In this document: positions 1 to 12,043 of the stretch, in pieces
Layout: every line of letters starts with the position of its first letter
Numbering within the stretch: the stretch's first letter is position 1
Source of the DNA: Mycoplasmoides pneumoniae FH
GTDB lineage: Bacteria; Bacillota_I; Bacilli_A; Mycoplasmatales; Mycoplasmoidaceae
Direction of reading: 5' to 3'
DNA length: 32,000 bases
Assembly: GCF_001272835.1 (NCBI RefSeq)
Contig: NZ_CP010546.1
Coordinates: 722,809-754,808 of the forward strand
Program-made: the position numbers and the translations under genes
The notes under the pieces: model-generated
Seen by the model: only the letters and a program-made list of their open reading frames with translations
Databases searched by the model: none
What the model was told of the DNA's origin: nothing

Positions 1-1323
1 GGCAATCGCAAACAAGAATAACGCTTCATGGGTTTGTGAGTAAGGTTTACCGTTGGGTTGTTTAATCATCTCCATTACCCGCTTACCGCGTTCCAAGATT
101 TGCTTGGTATTTTCGTCCAAGTCACTACCAAACTGACTAAAGCTGTCTAATTCACTGTACTGCGCTAGCTCTAACTTTAAGCTCCCGGTTTGTTGTTTAA
201 TTGCTTTAATTTGCGCTGCACTACCAACCCGCGACACCGATAACCCCACGTGGATGGCAGGGCGTTGACCGGAGTTAAACAGGTTTGACACCATGAACAG
301 TTGACCATCGGTAATCGAAATGACGTTGGTCGGAATGTAAGCGGAAATGTCCCCAGCTTGCGTTTCAATAATAGGTAAAGCGGTAATCGAGCCACCACCA
401 TGCTCCTCGTTTAAACGGCAAGCACGTTCCAGTAAACGCGAGTGCAAGTAGAACACATCCCCAGGAAAGGCTTCCCGTCCTGGTGGTCGGCGTAACAGTA
501 AGGATAAGGTACGGTAAGCAATCGCGTGCTTGGACAAATCATCAAACACAATTAGAACATCCTTACCCTGTTTGAGCCAGTACTCAGCAATGGTAATGCC
601 AGTAAAGGGCGTGAGGTAGATCATCGAAGCGGGATTACTGGCTGTAGCACACACCACCGTGGTGTACTTCATCGAATCAGTTACCTCTAACTGGTGGACA
701 ATTTGCGCTACCGAGGAATTCTTTTGTCCCATCGCTACATAGACACAGTACACGTCCTTACCACGTTGGTTAATAATGGTGTCAATTGCAATTGAGGTCT
801 TACCAGTTTGGCGGTCCCCCACAATTAACTCCCGTTGTCCCTTACCAATCGGAAACAACGCATCAATCGTCAAGATTCCAGTTTCCAGTGGTTGGTTAAC
901 GGTTTTGCGGGTCATTACCCCAGGGGCAATCTTCTCCACTTGGTCAAACTCTTCAGCCTTAATCGGACCACGACCATCCACCGGTTCTCCCAGGGCATTG
1001 ACAATCCGGCCCAACATTACATCACCCACGGGAGTTTGCATCACGTTGTGGGTCCGTTTAGCCGTACTACCTTCACGGATTTTAGAGTAATCACCAAACA
1101 ACGCCACCCCAACCGTGTTTTGCTCTAGGTTAAGCGCAATCCCCTGCACGTTGTTTTCAAACTCAATTAACTCGTTTAAGAGTGCGTTTTCCAAACCACT
1201 GACCTTAGCAATGCCATCAGCGACACTAATAACCTTGCCAATTTCACTGTTAAAGATCTGTTTGGAATACTTCTTAATCTCATTTTTAATGAGTGCTACA
1301 TATTCATTTAATTTGTCTGCCAT
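1..1323 (-). CDS. atpA: F1Fo ATP synthase subunit alpha (C-terminal end runs off the window)
   Basis: ATG at 1323 (cat 1321-1323) immediately downstream of atpH; minus-strand frame open to the window edge; operon order; the + strand ORFs here are antisense shadows. Confidence 0.93.
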   Translation of the reverse strand, partial: MADKLNEYVALIKNEIKKYSKQIFNSEIGKVISVADGIAKVSGLENALLNELIEFENNVQGIALNLEQNTVGVALFGDYSKIREGSTAKRTHNVMQTPVGDVMLGRIVNALGEPVDGRGPIKAEEFDQVEKIAPGVMTRKTVNQPLETGILTIDALFPIGKGQRELIVGDRQTGKTSIAIDTIINQRGKDVYCVYVAMGQKNSSVAQIVHQLEVTDSMKYTTVVCATASNPASMIYLTPFTGITIAEYWLKQGKDVLIVFDDLSKHAIAYRTLSLLLRRPPGREAFPGDVFYLHSRLLERACRLNEEHGGGSITALPIIETQAGDISAYIPTNVISITDGQLFMVSNLFNSGQRPAIHVGLSVSRVGSAAQIKAIKQQTGSLKLELAQYSELDSFSQFGSDLDENTKQILERGKRVMEMIKQPNGKPYSQTHEALFLFAIA

Positions 1324-1325
1324 AA

Positions 1326-1862
1326 TTAATTCCCTTTAAACTGTTCCATTAAACGTGATAGTTGATCACGGATATTCTTTTCAAATAACTGGGCGCTCGA
1401 TTCAATTCGGATACCCGAAATCAAGCTCTTGTCAATTTCGGTTTTGTAAACAATCTTGGAATTGAGCTTCTTTTCCATTGCCGCTACGATTCGCTTGAGT
1501 TGGGGCGCACTCAGTTCAAAAGCGGTAATGATCCTAATGAACTGGACGTGTTTTTCATTCTCAACACAATCAAAGAAGTACTTTAAGGCTTGCTCGACTA
1601 GGTTAAAGTAGCCCTTGAGCACAATCGTTTTTAAAAAGTCAACAAAGAGGTCACAAAAGTGGTTTTTAAACAGCTTATCTATTAGCTTAAGCTTTTCCTT
1701 TTTGGTTAAAGTATAAGTATTGAGTAGAGCAGCTAGTGATCCATCTTTAAAGTTACGCGCTAGTTTTAAAAAGTCATGGCTCTGGTCATAGACCTTCTTA
1801 ACCTTCTTTTCCTCTTCACTAAGTTGGAAGAGTGCCATTCCAAAAGCCTGCGCGTTAATCAT
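1326..1862 (-). CDS. atpH: F1Fo ATP synthase subunit delta, 178 aa
   Basis: ORF track 1326..1862; delta-like C-terminus and position between atpF and atpA. Confidence 0.92.
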   Translation of the reverse strand: MINAQAFGMALFQLSEEEKKVKKVYDQSHDFLKLARNFKDGSLAALLNTYTLTKKEKLKLIDKLFKNHFCDLFVDFLKTIVLKGYFNLVEQALKYFFDCVENEKHVQFIRIITAFELSAPQLKRIVAAMEKKLNSKIVYKTEIDKSLISGIRIESSAQLFEKNIRDQLSRLMEQFKGN

Positions 1863-2478
1863 GGTCGTCCTCTGCTTCTAGTTCGCGGATAAACTCTTCA
1901 ATAAAGGCCTTGTCGGCTTTGACATCCACCTTTTTGATAATCAATTCCTTAGCAGCTAACATGGCTAGCTCGACACTTTCCTTTAAGGATTGTTCTTGGA
2001 TCAAGCGCTTTTCCTTTTCAATTTCCTGACGCGCTTGGAAGATCATTAAGTTAGCTTGCCGGTTAGCCTTCTTTTCGATTTCACTTTTAAGTTGCAACGC
2101 CTCATAGTTGGCCTGGTCTACAATTTCCTTAGCAACTACCAGTGAGTTTTCATGGCGTTGGTTGGCTTGTTGGAGTAATGCTTGAGCTTGTTGTTCTAAG
2201 CTGTTGGCCTGGTTGACTTGCTCTTCCAAAAGCGCTTTGCGTTGGTTTAAGAACTTTTGTGTGGGTTTTCAAAAGAGGAACAACAACAAGAACAACAGGA
2301 TCACAAAGGCCAACAAGTGGGCTAAAAAGACCCAGAGGTTCGGAAAAAGTTCGTTGATGACTGATTCACTTTTAATTTCCTTAACGTTTTCGGTACAGGA
2401 AACTAAAAACAAGGCAAACAGGGCAAAACTAAGCGCAACTAAGGTCGTTTTAAATACAAAAGTTGCTCGTAGTTTCAT
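1855..2478 (-). CDS. atpF: F1Fo ATP synthase subunit b, 207 aa, predicted lipoprotein
   Basis: Track ORFs 1855..2229 and 2269..2478 share one frame and are joined by TGA(Trp); N-terminus [28 protein letters not shown] is a lipobox signal, followed by a TM helix and a long charged helix; overlaps atpH by 8 nt. Confidence 0.93.
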
Positions 2479-2480
2479 GA

Positions 2481-2798
2481 TTAAGCGCCCGATACAAAGA
2501 TAAGAATGAAGGCTATTAACAAGGAATAGATGGAACTCGATTCACTAATAGCAGAGCCAATAAAGATTAATTTAAAGACCTGCTTTTCCACTTCGGGGTT
2601 CCGCGCTACGGCTTCAACCGCTTTCCCAAAGATGTAACCTTGACCAAGACCCACGGTCGCACCACCGACCATGGTAATCCCAGCCCCAATGTAAGCCCCT
2701 AAACGTTCGGTACTTTTATTGGCAACATTGGTATTAGCTGTTGTTGTTTCGTGTAAGATGCGGCCAACTGTGGCGAGAATTTCATTAACGTGTTCCAT
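2481..2798 (-). CDS. atpE: F1Fo ATP synthase subunit c, 105 aa
   Basis: ORF with two hydrophobic helices (GAYIGAGITMVGGATVGLGQGYIFGKAVEAVARNPE). Confidence 0.95.
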   Translation of the reverse strand: MEHVNEILATVGRILHETTTANTNVANKSTERLGAYIGAGITMVGGATVGLGQGYIFGKAVEAVARNPEVEKQVFKLIFIGSAISESSSIYSLLIAFILIFVSGA

Positions 2799-2800
2799 AT

Positions 2801-3682
2801 CTAATTAATTATTTCTTTTGCTACCTCCAAATTTTGCAAACGCTGCGCTGCTTCTTGACTTTCTTCCAAGCCAATGTTACGCATTTTTGCCCAATAATTA
2901 TAAGTCAACATCACAAAGACATATCCCTGCAGTGTACCCACTACTACATCAAAATATACATGTAGGGCTGGGGTGAGAATTCCTGCAAAAATGGCACCTA
3001 AACTAAGCGCTAGTGGCTTATTGCTTAAAGTCGAAAAAGCAAAGAACCAGAAGTTATAAAAGAGCGCTAAAATCAAGGTTCCCCCAAGGATATTGCCCCA
3101 CAAACGAAGCGAAATCGAGAACAGTGGCGCAAACTCACCCAAGAAGCTCAACGGATTGGGAATTAAAGTGGAGTACTTCTTGCCCTTAATCGTAATGTTG
3201 AAGGTAAAGCTTTTAAAGAAGGATCACCGTTGGTACCTAATCCCCATAATGACAATTCCCAAAAAGGTGGCTAGCCCTAAAGAAAAGGTAAAGGTCAGTG
3301 ATGAAGTTGGTGGGGAAATGCCACCTAATAATCCAATCAAGTTACTGGAAACCAGGTACAACAGCAACATTAAAAAGTAAGGGGTAAACTTCTTGTTTTC
3401 CTCACCAATTAAATCCGCTGTAGTATCTTGGGCTCAAACAAAGAGCATTTGCATTAATAACACAAAGCTCGAATGGTTGCGTAACGGATCCGCTTTTCTT
3501 AACTTGATTCAGTAAACCAAGAATAAGGTGAGCAACACAATAAAGACCACAAAGATGCCAAAAACTTGATCAGTGGGTAGCAATGGTTTTCATCCCGCAA
3601 CTGGGGAAATGTCAAAGATACCTTCGTGTGGTACGAGGTTAACTCCATTAGGTTCTTTTAAAACTATCGCCCGTGGTGACAT
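2801..3682 (-). CDS. atpB: F1Fo ATP synthase subunit a, 293 aa
   Basis: Same frame as track ORF 2801..3151 extended through TGA(Trp) codons to ATG at 3682 (cat 3680-3682); [11 protein letters not shown] motif. Confidence 0.92.
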
Positions 3683-4121
3683 GCTTCTTATTGAGCTTGG
3701 AAATCAGGTTTTTGCAATGATATTCCAAAGGTAGCCATGCAAATGATATCACTATTTTTAGCAATGGGAAAAATAACGTTGAAATTATTGTGGCAATCAC
3801 ATGAAAATATTGCGGTCTTATAAAAAAGGCGAGCAATACGGGAATCAGGTACAGCAAATACCGTGCCACAAAAAAGGAACCAAAGAAAACCGTAACTCGT
3901 TGTTTTGATAAATGCTTAAACTTTTCAAAAAAGTCCCCTAGTTTTAATAAACCAACCACGCTTAACGCTACAAACGGAAAGGGTAGTAACCAACCGTATA
4001 AAACTTTTAAGTGTTGGGTAGTTAAAGCTCAAACTAAAATACCCACTAAAACCACTAACCAAAGCACCAAGATAATGAGGGCAATTGCTTTAGTGAGTTT
4101 TTTATTGGTCCAGTTGTACAA
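3648..4121 (-). CDS. atpI: Small membrane protein at the atpI position of the ATPase operon (ATP synthase protein I-like)
   Basis: Minus frame open from TAA at 3648-3650 to 4142 with TGA=Trp; hydrophobic; no ATG, so the start is uncertain (TTG at 4121 or GTG at 3959); 35-nt overlap with atpB start. Confidence 0.65.
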
Positions 4122-4162
4122 GGCCGTTAAGCTTTTTGCGGTTTAATGTTTTTAAAGGTGTT

Positions 4163-5506
<1,344 letters not shown>

Positions 5507-5525
5507 CTAACTAATATTTACTTAA

Positions 5526-5531
5526 ATTATA
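5526..5531 (-). promoter_or_regulatory. Candidate -10 box (TATAAT) for eno in the eno/msrA divergent spacer
   Basis: attata on + strand = TATAAT on minus strand, about 29 nt upstream of the eno ATG; no -35 needed in this lineage. Confidence 0.5.
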
Positions 5532-5551
5532 TTGACCAATAAATTTAGGAA

Positions 5552-6025
5552 ATGAAACAAATCTATTTTGGTGGTGGCTGTTTTTGGGGTACCCAAAAGT
5601 ATTTTGATCTGATTAAGGGTGTCCAAAAGACCAGTGTGGGCTACCTCAATTCCAACATGAAAAATCCCACTTACGAACAAGTATGTAGTGGGCAGACCAA
5701 CGCAGTGGAAGCAGTGTTCGTTGAATATGATGAAAACAAGGTAAGCTTAAACGAACTTATTGATGCTTTCTTTAAGGTCATTGATCCCACCATTAGAAAC
5801 CGTCAGGGTAATGATATTGGTACCCAGTACCGTACCGGAGTTTATTGGGTAGATCCCCAAGACGAGCAGTTAATTACGCAAAAGTTTAGGGAACTACAGG
5901 CCAATTATCCAAAACCAATTGTGACGGAAAACCGTGCAATGGAAAACTATTTTTTAGCAGAAGAGTACCACCAGGATTACTTAAAGAAAAATCCTCATGG
6001 TTACTGTCACATTAAGTTTGACTAG
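5552..6025 (+). CDS. msrA: Peptide methionine sulfoxide reductase A, 157 aa
   Basis: GGGCFWG active-site motif near the N-terminus; VFKAFFKVIDPT-like and GYCHIKF C-terminal features. Confidence 0.96.
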   Translation: MKQIYFGGGCFWGTQKYFDLIKGVQKTSVGYLNSNMKNPTYEQVCSGQTNAVEAVFVEYDENKVSLNELIDAFFKVIDPTIRNRQGNDIGTQYRTGVYWVDPQDEQLITQKFRELQANYPKPIVTENRAMENYFLAEEYHQDYLKKNPHGYCHIKFD

Positions 6026-6699
6026 TTAAAGACTTCTGGGTTTTTCACAAACAGGAATGCCTTAATGATGTTGTAGCAATAGTCATTAATCCGTTCAATG
6101 TGTTTCACCGACAGAATTAAGTCAATTAAGAAGATGCGATCACTCAGCTTCTCGTCTTTAACCTTGTCATAGTATTCAGTTAACACGACGCGGTACTGCT
6201 GTTCAAACTCTGTCAGAATTTTAGTGACATTCTCAAACTGAATAGTAAGCGGTTTTTCCTTATCTTGTAAACTGGCAAACGTTTGCTTTAAGTTGTTCAA
6301 CACACTTTTGTGCAAATTAACTAACTTACTAAAGATGCTGACATCCAAGTGCTGGTAGTGCTTGACAAACTTAGTGAGGTTATTGGCATAATCACAAATG
6401 CGTTCCAAATCACGACTACACATAATGATCGTAATTGTTAAGCGTAAGTGGTTAGTTAACGGGGAGTTTTTTGAAATCGCTCAAATGGATTCGTTAATTA
6501 GTTTAAACTCCGATTTATTGGAAAAGTCTTCCATTTCGTAAATTGCTTGAATCAACTTTTCGCGCTTAGTTACATCCGCTTCACATAACAGTTTATTGAG
6601 TGTTTCATGCATCTTAATGACGTGCTGAAAGTAATCAAAAAAGAGTCCTAACAGCTTTTTTTCTGAACGCTTTAAAATTTGGTAGTTAATGCTTTCCAT
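6022..6699 (-). CDS. phoU: Phosphate transport regulator PhoU, 225 aa
   Basis: Track ORFs 6022..6423 and 6481..6699 in one frame joined by TGA(Trp); PhoU-type repeats (DERICDYANNL, HIERINDYCYNI); next to pstB. Confidence 0.9.
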
Positions 6700-6701
6700 C
6701 G

Positions 6702-7691
6702 TTAATTCCTCCCACTAATGTAACGGTTAGTTTCCTTTTGCTTTGGTCTCGTAAAGATTTGCTTGGTAGTACCTTGTTCCACTACCCTTCCGTTAGCAAA
6801 GAAAATCGTTTCATCAGTGATTCTAATAGTTTGTGCCATTGAGTGAGTCACAATAATAATCGTGTATTTTTCCTTTAATTGCTGGATTAACAGCTCAATC
6901 GAGTTAGTGGCAATTGAGTCCAACGCACTAGTTGGTTCATCCATTAATAAGACATCGGGTTGTAGAGCAATGGCTCTGGCAATACACAACCGTTGTTGTT
7001 GACCACCCGAAAGGGTATTGGCATTACGGTGTAAGTTATCTTTGACCTCGTCCCATAAGGCGGTTGACTTTAAGGCCTGTTCCACAATTTCATGAATCGC
7101 TTGCTTGTTATGAATGCCATGGGCTCTCAGTCCATAGGCAATGTTTTCAAAGATGGAAAAGTTAAAAGGGGTGAGTTGCTGGAACACCATACCAACCCGT
7201 GTGCGCAAGGTTAAATCATTAATAATTCCGGAATTAATGTTTTTACCCAAAAAGAAAATCTTGCCATTTCAGCGCACATTTTCATTGAGGTCATTTAATT
7301 TATTTAAACAACGGATAAAGGTGGACTTACCACAACCGGATTTACCAATTAAAGCGGTAATCTTATTGCGCTTAATTTTGAGGTTAATGTCAAATAAGAC
7401 CTGCTTGTCCTTGTTGTACCAGAAGTTAAGGTTTTCAATTTCAAAGACATTCTTCTTGTCAAAGTCTTGTTTGACAACATCGTCCTTGGTATTCTTAATT
7501 TTGATGAGGCGTTGCAACACATCAATTTCACTCTGCAAGTTAGCAATTTCCTCAGCTTTGGTAGTGGGATCTAACTTAGCAACTTTTTGCTGGTATTGCT
7601 TAATTTGTTTTTCATATAAAGCACGGTACTGCTTCACCTTTTCGCGCTTTTGGATGAAGTTGTGTCAAATTGTTTTTAGGCCTTTTTTCAT
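6702..7691 (-). CDS. pstB: Phosphate ABC transporter ATP-binding protein, 329 aa
   Basis: Track ORFs 6702..7250 and 7269..7637 in one frame, ATG at 7691; Walker [10 protein letters not shown], signature LSGGQQQR, Walker [13 protein letters not shown]. Confidence 0.95.
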
Positions 7692-7717
7692 AATTGCAAT
7701 TTGCTTTTAATTTGTAA

Positions 7718-9631
7718 TCACTTTTGTTTATTAAACGAAAACAGGTAAGGAATTAAGTAAGAGCTTAAAAAGATTAAGAACATCAGGAAGACAATTGATA
7801 CCAAAGCGGTTTCCAGCATTACATCAACCGCCGTACTGTTAGTGGAAAATAACTGACCATAAATTCTTGTGGTTAAGGTTTGACCCGGTAGACTTAAATC
7901 AAACAAGTTGCTGGATGCTAACCCAGCGGTAATAAAGAAAGGAGCTGTTTCCGCAATAATTCTGTTAATCGTTAAAATAAGCGCAATAATTAAACCCTTC
8001 AACGCCCCTGGTAACACAATTTTCCAAATTACTTCCCTTTTACTTACACCTAAGGCATAAGCACTTACCCGCAAGTCCCAACTGACATTATTGAGTGCTT
8101 CCTGACATGTGCGAATTAAAAAGGGTAAGACCACTACACTAATAGTAAGAATACCCGCCATTAAACTAGTACCATTCGCACCACCCGCACTTAATTGCAG
8201 TGTTCGCAAAAAGAAGGATAGACCAAACAATCCGTAAATAATCGAGGGCATCGAGCTGAGCGAATCAATTACAAAACTAAAGGTATTTTTTGCAATCCGC
8301 GACTTCGTGTATTCGTTTAATCAAATGGCAATTAACAAAGCGATTGGAAAGGTAATACCAATGGCAACCAGAATAATCACCAAGGTATTGACTAAAGCTC
8401 GCCCTGTAGTATCTACACCAAACGAAAAGACAGTGGAACCACTGCGCTGAATCGCTTGACTACCATTAATAAAAACAAACAAGAGAATCCCTAACACAAA
8501 ACCAAACGCTAAGACGGCACAAAAAATTTCCTGCAGGATTTTTCACGATGTGTAAACCTTATTTAAGTGGTTAGTCTGCATCCTTTCCTTGAAGAAGGTA
8601 GCGCGCTGCTCAACATTAGCAGCTGTAATCTTTTTAACCTGTTGTCTTCTAGCAGTTAAATCAGTAAAAAGAGCGCCAATGTTATTAGGAATAAACCACA
8701 CTACTTGATAAATAAAGTTACTAATCTTCTTTAGGAAAGGATAGCGTTCCAGCGTTTTTGGCCGGGTCGATCAAATGGCAAAAAAGTTCAAGAAGGAAAT
8801 TAAGACAAAGATAATAATGCCAAAAGTGTATAAGACCCCACTAACCTGTTCATCGCCGTTTTCCGAAAAGATAAAGGTGGAGATAACAGAACCCAAAGTT
8901 TTGAGATCTGAAGTAAAGAAACGATCATTAGCAATCACTTCCTGGTAGTTAACACTCTGCAAAATAAAGTTCACAGCCATCGTTTCGCTAATGGCACGAC
9001 CAAACGCTAATACCAAGATTACTACTAGTTGGGCTTTGATTTCCTTTTTAATTACCTTATAAATCACACTGGTTTTGTTTTCACCAAGTGAAATGGCAAC
9101 CGTCATTAAGCTAGATTCCACGTGCAGTAAGGCATTGGTGGTTAAGGAAATCACAATCGGAATGATCATGAAGGACAGCATCACAATCACGTTAAGCAGT
9201 GATAAGGGTGGCAAGTGCAACACGTCACGGAAGATACTGCTGAGAATTTGGGTAGCAAACAATCCAAAGATCACTGAAGGGATCCCGGACAGAATGTCAA
9301 TTACTAAAAGTAGTTTTTTGCGAATCCGGGGTTTGCAACGATAAACCAAGAAAATCGAAGTGCGAACACCGATATAGCTCGCAATAATTAACGAGCCAAT
9401 CGAAACCACAAAACTAACTAACAGCGGAAACCAGATGCTCGCTTTTTTAGCACCCAAGTTAAATTCCAAACCCAGTAAGGACTTGGTAAAGTCAGGACCA
9501 GTTTTAGCTGCTTCAATTAAGAGGAAAATAAAGAAGCTAATGAAGAGCAGTAAAAAACAAACAGCCACTGTTTGCGATAAGTACCGCAGCCAGTTGTCTT
9601 TTTTTAAACGGCTTTTAATTTTCTGTTTCAC
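7718..9631 (-). CDS. pstA: Fused phosphate ABC transporter permease (PstC-like N half, PstA-like C half), about 637 aa
   Basis: Track ORFs 7718..8251 and 8771..9631 share one frame with TGA(Trp) between; two permease modules; GTG start at 9631 overlaps the stop of the upstream gene. Confidence 0.87.
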
Positions 9632-10788
9632 TAGAGTGCACCGAAGGTTTGGTTGTTCAGACTGTAATCATCAACCCAGAAGTTGGCAATGTTGCTCATT
9701 TCTGCATTACCTGTTTTAAACATCTTTTTCTTTTCGTCAGCCGTTAACTCTAACACACCAAAGTCATCGTATATTTTCTTAATTTCACTGTTGTTGCTAA
9801 ATAACAATCAGTTAAAAAAGCGTTGGATACTTGGCAGTGTTTTTTGTTTTGGTAACAGGGAAACCACTGAGTTCAACGGGCGTACCCATTTGTAAGTGTT
9901 GCTAGAAACTGCTTGACTGGAGGGGGTAACTGCGTTATTATCATATTTGACTTTTAAAACCTCAAAACCTTCACTCTTAATTAGGTTCATGTTGTTATTC
10001 ACAAACCCTAAACTGAGGTACACCATGCCGTATAAATTGGGTTGTCGCAAAGTTGTGACAAAGGTATTAAAGGCCTCAATGTTGGTTTCACTAGTTGGTC
10101 GCGCATTGGGGCCATAGTTGCGTTGACCTTCCAAAATTTCTTTGGAATCTTTATCTAAAGTTTTTGTCTGTGTAAGACCCGAAAACTTCAAGAAGGCTTC
10201 AGCGGTACCAGAAGCAAAAGCGCCCCCAGTACGGGGGAAGCCTATCAAATTATGATTACTGTTTTTAGTGGTTTGTCCGTTTTCGACAAACTTATTAATG
10301 TCAACGCTTTTGCTACCAGCGAACAGATCGTAAAGATCGTTGAGGTTGTCTTTAGTGAGAACTAGTTTGCCCTTAAACTCTGATGGTGCTTTATAAATAA
10401 CAGCAATGGCATCTTTGCCAAGTGTAATTGTTTTGAGCTTTTTGTCCATCCACAACTGCTTGTTTTCCTCAGCATAGCTCTTGGTGTTTTTCGAGACATT
10501 ACCAATGTCAGCTAGTCCCTTGGTGATTGCTTTCACCCCAGCACTAGAGCCACCCGCTTGGACACTAATTTCTACAAGGTTATCCTTGTCATTGTGGTTC
10601 AAGACATAGTGCGAACTGAGTTTGCTTAACAACGGTTGTACCGAAGAAGAACCAACAGCACTAATTAAATTAATATTGGCACAACCGCTAAAAATAACAG
10701 CGGTTAGTGATAGTAATGCTAGTCTAGAAAGTCTTGCAACTCTTAGCACTTTTCTAATTGTGTGCGTTAATTTTAGAAAAACTGGCAT
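9631..10788 (-). CDS. pstS: Phosphate-binding lipoprotein (PstS-like), 385 aa
   Basis: Track ORF 9808..10788 extends through TGA(Trp) to TAG at 9631-9633; lipobox VIFSGC; PstS-like [22 protein letters not shown] and KDAIAVIYK; upstream of pst permease/ATPase genes. Confidence 0.9.
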
Positions 10789-11029
10789 TTTCGGTACTTT
10801 TTAACCAACTTTTAATTAAGCAAGTTGCATTTCTTAGTTGTGCTTTAAGTAGTTAAAAACAACGATTTTCTGGCGTTTATTCTTTGCCAATTGTTTCCTT
10901 TGCTAATTTCTTTTTACGAGAGGCTGCTTTTCTTTTAATCATTCAACCAATGGCCGTGGCACCTAAAGCTAACACTCCAGCAATCGCTGATAAAGATCAG
11001 GTCAACATCTGGTTAGTTTTAGCACTAGT

Positions 11030-11977
11030 TTAATCAGTGTCATCTTTATTGTCCAACTTTTCCAGTGCAAAGGCTTTGTTTTGGGTGTGGAAATCAAAGA
11101 CTGGTTTTTGTCTAAACTGGAAGTTGTTTTCCTTTAAGAATCTAGCTAGTTGTTGTGCTAGCTTAGTTTGACTGTCATTTTTAATGTTGAACCAAACTGA
11201 CTTTTCTAGACCATCTTTATTAATGAGATATAGCATTTGCTTATTTTGTGATAGCTTTAAGTCATAGTTAATTGCAAAAAGTCTTTGACTACCCAACATT
11301 GCTTGAATGGAGAGCTGACTAGTATAGCGATCAACATGGAACTCTAAGTTGAACTTTTGGTTGTTTTTTAAAACGGTTAAATAAGCCATTTTATTTACCG
11401 GATTCAACCTAGCATTCTTCGTTTCCACATGGAGGTTCATTTGACTCAAAACAATGTTGAGTTTTTCCAATAACACTTGTTCATCTTGCAAACTAAAGTC
11501 TGATTGAAACTCAAACTCATAGTCATCTATTAATTGGATGTTGGATGTTTCTATATCTAATTTGCCAATTTCGAATTCATCAAACATAAAGCTCACTGTT
11601 TGGGTTTCCAAGTGGGGTTTAAACCACAACTTTTGTTTGTCAAGCAACAGCTTGCGCGTATTAATTTTGAACAAGTAAGTGCGTGTGTTGGGCTTTATTT
11701 GATTTTGTTTAACAAAGTACATTTGCCCTTTTATAATTTCGGGATCGATCGTGGAACCTAACTTAAACAGTTCGTTGCTGTTGTGGATGTCGGCTAACAC
11801 ATAGAAGAAACCTTTGTTTTCGTTCATGTTTCCTAAATCAAGTTTGTATTGTCGGGGATCTTCCACAAAGGTTAAGCTGTTAGCATCTACATCTAACACG
11901 GTTTTATCAACACCAGCAAAACTGTTTTTAATGACAAAAACAATTTGTTGCTTTTCAAAATCATTGAGTTTTTCCAT
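11030..11977 (-). CDS. C-proximal fragment ORF of the same gene, 315 aa from the first ATG
   Basis: Track ORF; same frame as the upstream fragment; ends at TAA 11030-11032. Confidence 0.75.
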   Translation of the reverse strand: MEKLNDFEKQQIVFVIKNSFAGVDKTVLDVDANSLTFVEDPRQYKLDLGNMNENKGFFYVLADIHNSNELFKLGSTIDPEIIKGQMYFVKQNQIKPNTRTYLFKINTRKLLLDKQKLWFKPHLETQTVSFMFDEFEIGKLDIETSNIQLIDDYEFEFQSDFSLQDEQVLLEKLNIVLSQMNLHVETKNARLNPVNKMAYLTVLKNNQKFNLEFHVDRYTSQLSIQAMLGSQRLFAINYDLKLSQNKQMLYLINKDGLEKSVWFNIKNDSQTKLAQQLARFLKENNFQFRQKPVFDFHTQNKAFALEKLDNKDDTD

Positions 11978-12043
11978 GCGTTGCTTTAACTCACCTACAC
12001 TAAAGCTTTTAATCGCTTTGTGTAACGGAACACTAAAGTCCTT

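Noticed and set aside
776-1128. Plus-strand ORFs across atpA, eno, dnaX, uvrA and the RNase J-like gene
   Set aside because: Antisense shadow ORFs over strongly conserved minus-strand genes, with no recognisable product.
3648-3682. 35-nt overlap between the atpI-like ORF and the atpB start as a possible novel overlapping gene
   Set aside because: Normal compact packing in this operon; both frames are explained by the two annotated genes.
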